From contig JAXLNO010000304.1 of the NCBI GenBank assembly GCA_038087875.1, positions 1 to 61,470 of the forward strand: DNA of 61,470 bases, given 5' to 3'. The notes below the pieces were generated by a model. That model ran no database searches. It had not been told where the DNA came from and was given only the letters and a program-made list of their open reading frames with translations. Positions 52,521 through 61,470 of this stretch are shown in pieces (the stretch's first letter is position 1; each line of letters starts with the position of its first letter). The DNA is from Malacoraja senta (Eukaryota). The position numbers and the translations under genes are program-made.

Positions 52521-52604
52521 CTTTGGTGCCTCTTCCAAGTACTGTTTCCCATTGGAGATCGGAGTGAGCAGACGGAAGCGGTTGTCTTGGAGCACGTAGG
52601 TTCC
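52521..52604 (-). CDS. TRAPPC6A: TRAPPC6 exon 4, GTYVLQDNRFRLLTPISNGKQYLEEAPK
   Basis: Acceptor ctcttctttctccaag, donor AAG|gtaact; 84 nt; in frame with neighbouring exons. Confidence 0.95.
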
Positions 52605-52633
52605 CTTGGAGAAAGAAGAGTTACAGCCTGACC

Positions 52634-53685
52634 AGTGACACCACCTCACCCACCCAGCCACACACTACACTGACACCACTCACCCAGCCACACACTACAC
52701 TGACACCACCCACCCAGACACACACTACACTGACACCACCCACCCAGACACACACTACACTGGTGACACCACCCTGCCACACACTACACTAGTGACACCA
52801 CCTCACCCACCCAGCCACACACTACACTGGTGACACCACCTCACCCACCCACCCACACACTACACTGGTGACACTACCTCACCCACCCTGCCACACACTA
52901 CACTAGTGACACCACCTCACCCACCCAGACATACACTGGTGACACCACCTCACGCACCCAGCCACACACTACACTAGTGACACCACCTCACCCACCCAGC
53001 CACACACTACACTGGTGACACCACCTCACCCACCCAGCCACACACTACACTGGTGACACTACCTCACCCACCCTGCCACACACTACACTGGTGACACCAC
53101 CTCACCCACCCAGCCACACACTACACTGGTGACACTACCTCACCCACCCTGCCACACACTACACTGGTGACACCACCTCACCCACCCACCCACACACTAC
53201 ACTGGTGACACTACCTCACCCACCCTGCCACACACTACACTGGTGACACCACCTCACCCACCCAGCCACACACTACACTGGTGACACCACCTCACGCACC
53301 CTGCCACACACTACACTGGTGACACCACCTCACCCACCCACCCACACACTACACTGGTGACACCACCTCACCCACCCAGACATACACTGGTGACACCACC
53401 TCACCCACCCAGACATACACTGGTGACACCACCTCACCCACCCAGACATACACTGGTGACACCACCTCACCCACCCAGCCACACACTATACTAGTGACAC
53501 CACCCAGCCACACACTACACTGGTGACGCCACTCACCCAGACACACACTACACTGGTGACACCACCCTGCCACACACTACACTAGTGACACCACCTCACC
53601 CACCCAGCCACTACACTGGTGACACTACCCACCCAGCCACACACGCCAGCCAGCTACACACTACACCGGTCACACCACCTCACTC
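52634..53685. repeat. ~37 bp minisatellite (cacactacactggtgacaccacctcacccacccagcc)n filling TRAPPC6 intron 3
   Basis: Direct inspection; starts ~30 nt from the exon 4 acceptor. Confidence 0.95.
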
Positions 53686-53757
53686 TACCCATGAACGCCT
53701 CTGAAAAGTCCTGTTTCCGCGCTGTATCTCTAAACTAACCACTACTGCATGGAGCAC

Positions 53758-53875
53758 CTGGTGATTGGTCCGCAGGTTGTCAATCTGTTTTCGGAAGAGG
53801 TTGGTCCAGAATTCCTTACAGATAAATTTCATGATGTCCAACTCGTCCTTGAATGAAGGCGACTCTTTGGTGAAT
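53758..53875 (-). CDS. TRAPPC6A: TRAPPC6 exon 3, (R)FTKESPSFKDELDIMKFICKEFWTNLFRKQIDNLRTNHQ
   Basis: Acceptor gttgcag, donor CAG|gtgctc; 118 nt; hallmark DELDIMKFICK and QIDNLRTNHQ motifs. Confidence 0.96.
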
Positions 53876-54267
53876 CTGCAACACCAATCACAGCCTGAAT
53901 TTACACAATAGATTAGCTTTAACATAGAAACATAGACAATAGGTGCAGGAGGAGGCCATTCGGCCCTTCGAGCCAGCACCGCCATTCAATATGATCATGG
54001 CTGATCATACACAATCAGTACCCCGTTCCTGCCTTCTCCCCATATCCCTTGATTTTGTTAGCCCAAAACCTTTAAAACTGTTTATAGACTACATTAACTT
54101 TTTCAAGGAAATGCAGATGCTGGTTTACACCAAAGATAGACACAAAGTGCTGGAGTAACTCAGCGGATCAGGCAGCATCTTTGGAGAAAAAGAATGGGCG
54201 ACGTTTTGGGTCGAGACCCTTCTTCAGACTGAGAGTCAGGGGAAAGGGGAACCCACCAGTCACTAAC

Positions 54268-54335
54268 CTCTCGATGAGACCTTGTCCTGCACGGAAACCC
54301 ATTCCTTCCAGAGTCGAAATGCATTTCCCTCGCTC
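54268..54335 (-). CDS. TRAPPC6A: TRAPPC6 exon 2, ERGKCISTLEGMGFRAGQGLIE(R)
   Basis: Acceptor tttctctctgcag, donor AG|gttagt; 68 nt; conserved LExMGFRxGQGLIER motif. Confidence 0.93.
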
Positions 54336-54514
54336 CTGCAGAGAGAAACACAAGCAACTTTCAGGTCATGAGGTCATAAGTGATAGGAGCAGAATTAGAC
54401 CATTCGGCCCATCAAGTCTGATGGCTGATCTATCTCTCCCTCCTAACCCCATTCTCCTGCCTTCTCCCCATAACCCCTGACACCCGTACTAATGAAGAAT
54501 CTATCTATCTCTGC

Positions 54515-55140
54515 AACAGACAATAGACAATAGGTGCAGGAGCAGGCCATTCAGCCCTTCGAGCCAGCACCGCCATTCAATGTGATCATGGCTGATCGTC
54601 CACAATCAGTACCCCGTTCCTGCCTTCTCCCCATATCCCCTGACTCCACTATCATTAAGAGCCCTATCTAGCCCTCTTGAAAGCATCTAGAGAACCTGCC
54701 TCCACCACCCTCTGAGGCAGAGAATTCCAGACTCACCACTCTCTGTGAGAAAAAGTGTTGCCTCATCTCCGTTCTAAATGGCTTACCCCTTATTCTTAAA
54801 CTGTGGCCCCTGGTTCTGGACTCCCCCCAACATCGGGAACATGTTTCCTGCCTCTAGCGTGTCCAAGCCCTTAACAATCTTATATGTTTCAATGAGATGC
54901 CCTCTCATCCTTCTAAACTCCAGAGTGTACAAGCCCAGCTGCTCCATTCTCTCAGCATATGACGGTCCCGCCATCCCGGGAATTAACCTGGTGAACCTGC
55001 GCTGCACTCCCTCAATAGCAAGAATGTCCTTCCTCAAATTAGGGGACAAAACTGCACACAATACTCCAGGTGTGGTCTCACTAGGGCTCTGTACAACTGC
55101 AGAAGGACCTCTTTGCTCCTATACACAACTACTCTTGTTA
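54515..55140 (-). mobile_element. CR1 3' fragment, intron 1
   Basis: LRKDILAIEGVQRRFTRLIPG. Confidence 0.88.
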
Positions 55141-55337
55141 TAAATTCCACAGATTCACCACCCTCTGATTAAAGACATTTCTCCTCATCTCCCTCCTAAA
55201 AGAACGTCCTTTAATTCTGCGGCTGTGACCTCTAGTTCTAGACTCTCCCACTAGTGGCAACATCCTCTCCACATCCCAGTTTGGGCTGGGTTTAGGGTAC
55301 AATTGTCCGGGTGTTGGAGCCCGGCTGGGGTTGGGGT

Positions 55338-56420
55338 TCAGGGACGGGTCTAGGGGGTTCAGGGCCGGGTGTGGGGGTCCAGGGCCGGGTCTAGGGGGTT
55401 CAGGGCCGGGTCTAGGGGGTTCAGGGCCGGGTGTGGGGGTCCAGGGCCGGGTCTAGGGGGTTCAGGGGGTTCAGGGCCGGGTGTGAGGGTTCAGGGGGTT
55501 CAGGGCCGGGTGTGGGGGTCCAGGGCCGGGTCTAGGGGGTTCAGGGCCGGGTCTAGGGGGTTCAGGGCCGGGTGTGGGGGTCCAGGGCCGGGTCTAGGGG
55601 GTTCAGGGCCGGGTCTAGGGGGTTCAGGACCGGGTCTAGGGGGTTCAGGGCCGGGTGTGGGGGTCCAGGGCCGGGTGTGGGGGTCCAGGGCCGGGTGTGG
55701 GGGTTCAGGGCCGGGTGTGGGGGTCCAGGGCCGGGTGTGGGGGTTCAGGGCCGAGTGTGGGGGTCCAGGGCCGGGTGTGGGGGTCCAGGGCCGGGTGTGG
55801 GGGTCCAGGGCCGGGTCTAGGGGGTTCAGGGCCGGGTGTGGGGGTTCAGGGGGTTCAGGGCCGGGTGTGGGGGTCCAGGGCCGGGTCTAGGGGGTTCAGG
55901 GCCGGGTCTAGGGGGTTCAGGGCCGGGTGTGGGGGTCCAGGGCCGGGTCTAGGGGGTCCAGGGCCGGGTGTGGGGGTCCAGGGCCGGGTGTGGGGGGTTC
56001 AGGGCCGGGTCTAGGGGGTTCAGGGCCGGGTGTGAGGGTTCAGGGTCGGGTGTGAGGGTTCAGGGACGGGTCTAGGGGGTTCAGGGTCTGGTCTAGGGGG
56101 TTCAGGGCCAGATGTGGGGGTTCAGGGCCGTGTCTGGGGGGTTCAGGGCCGGGTGTGGGGGTCCAGGGCCGGGTGTGGGGGTCCAGGGCCGGGTGTGGGG
56201 GTTCAGGGCCGGGTGTGAGGGTTCAGGGGGTCCAGGGCCGGGTGTGGGGGTCCAGGGCCGGGTGTGAGGGTTCAGGGGGTCCAGGGCCGGGTGTGGGGGT
56301 CCAGGGCCGGGTGTGGGGGTCCAGGGCCGGGTGTGGGGGTTCAGGGGGTTCAGGGCCGGGTCTAGGGGGTTCAGGGCCGGGTGTGGGGGGGTCCAGGGGG
56401 TCCAGGGCCGGGTGTGGGGG
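55338..56420. repeat. G-rich 20-21 bp minisatellite (cagggccgggtgtgggggtc / cagggccgggtctagggggtt) in intron 1
   Basis: Direct inspection. Confidence 0.95.
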
Positions 56421-56429
56421 GTTTCTGGG

Positions 56430-56715
56430 GTTTGCGGCCTTGTCCCTCCCCGATCCCCGGGCTGGAGTTACCGGCTCCCCCGCCCCGGCCTCTCCGTCGC
56501 CCCGCAGCCGCGACACCAGCTCCAGGTGCAGCAGCTCGAACACAACGTCGGCCATGATGATGGCGGCGGCTCCCCCCCTCCCCCACTCTCTGCCCGGTGG
56601 CCGCCCACAACTTGCCCGGAGTCGGGCGGCAGCAGCAGCGGCAGCGGCGGCGGTGCCTGTGGTCGGCCACCCGGCCCGGGGTCTGGGTTCAACGTTAGGA
56701 TTTGGGTTCAGGGTC
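56430..56715 (-). promoter_or_regulatory. CpG-rich promoter/5'UTR of TRAPPC6
   Basis: CpG-dense stretch around exon 1; GCC/GCT triplet run at ~56625-56652. Confidence 0.65.
56472..56555 (-). CDS. TRAPPC6A: TRAPPC6 (likely TRAPPC6A / trappc6b-like) coding exon 1, MADVVFELLHLELVSRLRGDGEAGAGEP
   Basis: ATG in strong context (gccgccatcatcATGG) within a CpG-rich island; 84 nt; donor CCG|gtaact, phase 0; similar to TRAPP subunit 6 N-termini. Confidence 0.88.
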
Positions 56716-56719
56716 AACG

Positions 56720-57205
56720 CCAGGGTCTAGGCTGGGGGTCAGGGGTCATTCTCAGGGTCTAGGCTGGGGGTCAGGGTTCATTCTAAGGGTCTAGCTTGGG
56801 GTCAGGGTTCATTCTAAGGGTCTAGGTGGGGGTCAGGGTTCATTGTCAGGGTCTAGGCTGGGGGTCAGGGTTCAGTCTCAGGGTCTAGGCTGGGGGTCAG
56901 GGTTCATTGTCAGGGTCTAGGCTGGGGGTCAGGGGACATTCTCAGGGTCTTGGCTGGGGGTCAGGATTCATTCTCATGGTCTAGGCTGGGGGTCAGGTTT
57001 CATTGTCAGGGTCTGGCCTGGGGTCAGGGTTCATTGTTAGGGTCTAGGCTGGGTATCAGGGTTCATTGTCAGGGTCTGAGGTGGGGGTCAGGGTTCATTG
57101 TCAGGGTCTGGGCTGGGGGTCAGGGTTCATTGTCAGGATCTGGGCTGGGTGTCAGGGTTCATTGTCAGGGTCTGAGGTGGGGGTCAGCGTTCATTGTCAG
57201 GGTCA
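56720..57205. repeat. ~32 bp minisatellite (cagggtctaggctgggggtcagggttcattgt) upstream of TRAPPC6
   Basis: About 15 units. Confidence 0.92.
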
Positions 57206-57602
57206 AAGACAGTGACAACACAGAAACAGGTCAGAAGTGGAGTTCTAACACGAAACGTCTCCCATTCCTTCTCTCCTGTGATGCTGCCTGACCCGCTGAG
57301 TTACTGCAGCATTTTGTGAATATCTTCGTAAGCCAGATCTGCAGTTCCTTCCTACACAGAAACTGGCCCCTTCGGCCCATCTCCTCCACTGTCTGCCCAT
57401 AACCCTCTAAACCTGTCCTAACCATGTCCCTGTAGAACAAATGGGATTGTCCCAGCCTCAACTGCCTCCTCTGGCAGCTGGTTCCGTAAACCCACCACCC
57501 TCTGTGTGAGAAACCTGCCTCCTGGAGCAACTGCCGGGTGAGGGTCTAGTGTCTGTTGTCTGGTGTCCAGTATCTAGGGTCTGGGGTCTAGTATCTGGGG
57601 TC

Positions 57603-58543
57603 TATACGTCAATGATTTGGATGAAGGGATTCAAAGTAACATTAGCAAATTTGCAGATGACACAAAGCTGGGTGGCAGTGTGAACTGTGAGGAGGATGCT
57701 ATGAGAATGCAGGGTGACTTGGACAGGTTGGGAGAGTGGGCAGATGCACGGCAGAAGAAGTTTAATGCGGATAAATGTGAGGTTATCCACTTTGGTAGCA
57801 AAAACAGGAAGGCAGATTACTATCAAGTTGTGAAAAGGGGAAACACAACGGGATCTGGTGGTCCTTGTACATCAAGCATGCAGGTACAGCAGGCAGTGAA
57901 GAAATTGAATGGCATGTTGGCCTTTAGAACAAGAGGAATCGAATATAGGAGCAAAGAGCTCATTCTGCAGTTGTACAGAGCCCTAGTGAGACCACACCTG
58001 GAGTATTGTGTGCAATTGTGGTCCCCTAATTTGAGGAAGGACATTCTTGCTATTGAGGGAGTGCAGCGTAGGTTTACAAGGTTAATTCCCGGGATGGCGG
58101 GACTGTCATATGCTGAGAGAATGGAGCAGCTGGGCTTGTACACACTGGAGTTTAGAAGGATGAGAGAGTATCTCATTGAAACATAAGATTGTTAAGGGCT
58201 TGGACACGCTAGAGGCAGGAAACATGTTCCCGATGTTGGGGGAGTCCAGAACCAGGGGCCACAGTTTAAGAATAAGTGGTAAGCCATTTAGGACGGAGAC
58301 GAGGAAACACTTTTTCTCACAGAGAGTGGTGAGTCTGTGGAATTCTCTGCCTCAGAGGGCGGTGGAGGCCGGTTCTCTGGATGCTTTCAAGAGAGAGCTA
58401 GATAGGGCTCTTAAAGACAGTGGAGTCAGGGGATATGGGGAGAAGGCAGGAACGGGGTACTGATTGTGGATGATCAGCCATGATCACATTGAATGGCGGT
58501 GCTGGCTCGAAGGGCCGAATGGCCTACTCCTGCACCTATTGTC
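57603..58543 (+). mobile_element. CR1 3' fragment (RT C-terminal part) at the satellite edge
   Basis: ISKFADDTKLGG...RPHLEYCVQLWSP; 3' tail. Confidence 0.92.
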
Positions 58544-59590
58544 TGGGGTCTGGGGTGTGGGGTCTGGGGTCTGAGGTCTGGGGTCTGGGGTGTGGGGTCT
58601 GGGGTCTGAGGTCTGGGGTCTGGGGTCTGGTGTCTGGTGTCTGGGGTCTGGTGTCTGGGGTCTGGTGTCTGGGGTGTGGGGTGTGGTGTCTGGGGTCTGG
58701 TGTCTGGGGTGTGGAGTCGGGTCTGGGGTCTGGGGTCTGGTGTCTGGGGTCTGGGGTCTGGTGTCTGGGGTCTGGGGTCTGGTGTCTGGGGTCTGGTGTC
58801 TGGTGTCTGGTGTCTGGGGTCTGGTGTCTGGTGTCTGGGGTCTGGGGTCTGGGGTCTGGGGTCTGGGGTGTGGTGTCTGGGGTCTGGTGTCTGGGGTGTG
58901 GTGTCTGGGGTCTGGGGTGTCTGGTGTCTGGGGTCTGGGGTCTGGTGTCTGGGGTCTGGGGTGTGGGGTCTGGTGTCTGGTGTCTGGGGTCTGGTGTCTG
59001 GTGTCTGGGGTCTGGGGTCTGGGGTCTGGTGTCTGGGGTCTGGTGTGTGGTGTCTGGGGTCTGGGGTCTGGTGTCTGGGGTCTGGGGTCTGGTGTCTGGT
59101 GTCTGGGGTCTGGTGTCTGGGGTCTGGTGTCTGGGGTCTGGTGTCTGGTGTCTGGGGTCTGGGGTCTGGTGTCTGGTGTGTGGGGTCTGGTGTCTGGTGT
59201 CTGGGGTCTGGTGTGTGGTGTCTGGGGTCTGGGGTCTGGTGTGTGGTGTCTGGGGTCTGGGGTCTGGTGTCTGGTGTGTGGGGTCTGGTGTCTGGTGTCT
59301 GGGGTCTGGGGTCTGGTGTGTGGTGTCTGGGGTCTGGGGTCTGGTGTGTGGTGTCTGGGGTCTGGGGTCTGGTGTGTGGTGTCTGGGGTCTGGTGTCTGG
59401 TGTCTGGGGTCTGGTGTGTGGTGTCTGGGGTCTGGTGTCTGGGGTCTGGTGTGTGGGGTCTGGGGTCTGGTGTCTGGGGTCTGGTGTCTGGTGTCTGGGG
59501 TCTGGTGTCTGGGGTCTGGTGTCTGGGGTCTGGTGTCTGGGGTCTGGTGTCTGGTGTCTGGGGTCTGGGGTCTGGTGTCTGGTGTCTGGG

Positions 59591-59624
<34 letters not shown>

Positions 59625-59737
59625 GGTCTGGTGTGTGGTGTCTGGGGTCTGGTGTCTGGGGTCTGGTGTGTGGGGTCTGGTGTCTGGGGTCTGGGGTCTG
59701 GTGTCTGGGGTCTGGTGTCTGGGGTCTGGTGTCTGGG

Positions 59738-59771
<34 letters not shown>

Positions 59772-59877
59772 GGTCTGGGGTCTGGGGTCTGGGGTCTGGT
59801 GTCTGGTGTCTGGTGTCTGGGGTCTGGTGTCTGGTGTGTGGGGTCTGGTGTCTGGTGTCTGGGGTCTGGTGTGTGGG

Positions 59878-59925
<48 letters not shown>

Positions 59926-59926
59926 G

Positions 59927-59960
<34 letters not shown>

Positions 59961-59989
59961 GGTCTGGTGTCTGGGGTCTGGTGTCTGGG

Positions 59990-60030
<41 letters not shown>

Positions 60031-60597
60031 GGTCTGGTGTCTGGTGTCTGGGGTCTGGTGTCTGGTGTCTGGTGTGTGGGGTCTGGTGTCTGGGGTCTGG
60101 TGTCTGGTGTCTGGGGTCTGGGGTCTGGTGTCTGGTGTGTGGGGTCTGGTGTCTGGGGTCTGGGGTCTGGTGTGTGGTGTCTGGGGTCTGGGGTCTGGTG
60201 TGTGGTGTCTGGGGTCTGGGGTCTGGTGTCTGGTGTGTGGGGTCTGGTGTCTGGTGTCTGGTGTCTGGGGTCTGGTGTCTGGGGTCTGGGGTCTGGTGTG
60301 TGGTGTCTGGTGTCTGGGGTCTGGTGTCTGGGGTCTGGTGTCTGGGGTCTGGTGTCTGGTGTCTGGGGTCTGGGGTCTGGTGTCTGGTGTGTGGGGTCTG
60401 GTGTCTGGGGTCTGGGGTCTGGTGTGTGGTGTCTGGGGTCTGGGGTCTGGTGTGTGGTGTCTGGGGTCTGGGGTCTGTGTGTCTGGTTTGTGTTGGGGGT
60501 CTGGTCTGGGTGTCTGGTGTCTGGGGTCTGGGGTCTGGTGTGTGGTGTCTGGGGTCTGGGGTCTGGTGTTGTGGTGTCTGGTTGTCTGGGGTCTGGG

Positions 60598-60631
<34 letters not shown>

Positions 60632-60660
60632 GGTCTGGTGTCTGGGGTCTGGTGTGTGGG

Positions 60661-60725
<65 letters not shown>

Positions 60726-60765
60726 GTGGGGTCTGGTGTCTGGTGTCTGGGGTCTGGTGTGTGGG

Positions 60766-60799
<34 letters not shown>

Positions 60800-60852
60800 G
60801 GTCTGGTGTCTGGTGTCTGGGGTCTGGTGTCTGGGGTCTGGTGTCTGGTGTG

Positions 60853-60893
<41 letters not shown>

Positions 60894-60898
60894 GTGGG

Positions 60899-60970
<72 letters not shown>

Positions 60971-61115
60971 GTGGGGTCTGGTGTGTGGGGTCTGGTGTCT
61001 GGTGTCTGGTGTGTGGGGTCTGGGGTCTGGTGTCTGGTGTGTGGGGTCTGGGGTCTGGTGTCTGGTGTCTGGTGTCTGGGGTCTGGGGTCTGGTGTCTGG
61101 TGTCTGGTGTGTGGG

Positions 61116-61156
<41 letters not shown>

Positions 61157-61304
61157 GGTCTGGTGTGTGGGGTCTGGTGTGTGGGGTCTGGTGTCTGGTG
61201 TCTGGTGTGTGGGGTCTGGGGTCTGGGGTCTGGGGTCTGGGGTCTGGTGTCTGGTGTCTGGTGTCTGGGGTCTGGTGTCTGGTGTCTGGTGTCTGGTGTG
61301 TGGG

Positions 61305-61352
<48 letters not shown>

Positions 61353-61430
61353 GGTCTGGTGTGTGGGGTCTGGTGTGTGGGGTCTGGTGTCTGGTGTCTG
61401 GTGTGTGGGGTCTGGGGTCTGGGGTCTGGG

Positions 61431-61470
<40 letters not shown>
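58542..61470. repeat. Heptamer satellite T(C/G)TGG(G/T)G, ~2.9 kb, running off the window end
   Basis: TCTGGGG/TCTGGTG/TGTGGGG/TGTGGTG units; almost no A on the plus strand. Confidence 0.97.

Noticed and set aside
52634..53685. CRISPR-like array (~37 bp repeat)
   Set aside because: Head-to-tail tandem repeat with no unique spacers, inside a eukaryotic intron
56223..56717. 164 aa single-exon ORF with poly-Ala
   Set aside because: Only 56472-56555 is coding; the track starts at a non-ATG codon and reads through the donor into repeat
55369..56762. Gly/Pro-rich plus-strand ORFs
   Set aside because: Translations of the minisatellite and antisense of exon 1
60470..60590. Irregular patch within the satellite as a distinct element
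   Set aside because: Only small indels of the same units; probably sequencing or consensus noise
58542..61470. True telomere or Ig switch region
   Set aside because: No TTAGGG units and no AGCT motifs

Overview
Vertebrate genomic DNA, most likely an elasmobranch (skate/ray/shark), judged from HE1-type V-SINEs, HER1/CR1 LINEs and Penelope-like elements. One complete host gene is present: a six-exon minus-strand TRAPPC6 gene (159 aa, GT-AG introns, CDS 56555 to 47581) that looks like the TRAPPC6A orthologue. The rest is mostly transposon debris: a nested L2/L1/CR1 cluster (11-21 kb), many CR1, Rex1/Babar, V-SINE and Penelope fragments, a TIR MITE, microsatellites and G-rich tandem arrays ending in a ~2.9 kb heptamer satellite. 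The best candidate for a new system is a ~140 bp non-autonomous retroelement (copies at 44-184 and 36430-36541). Its 5' end folds into a minimal CPEB3/HDV-like self-cleaving ribozyme, followed by a 3' hairpin and an (AAG)n tail; copy 1 is flanked by a TSD. Many minimal hammerhead cores also occur in the Penelope-like termini, and there is a ~980 bp GC-rich L2-tailed non-coding element with a YY1 motif at its 5' end. All calls were made by reading the sequence; no searches or folding programs were run.
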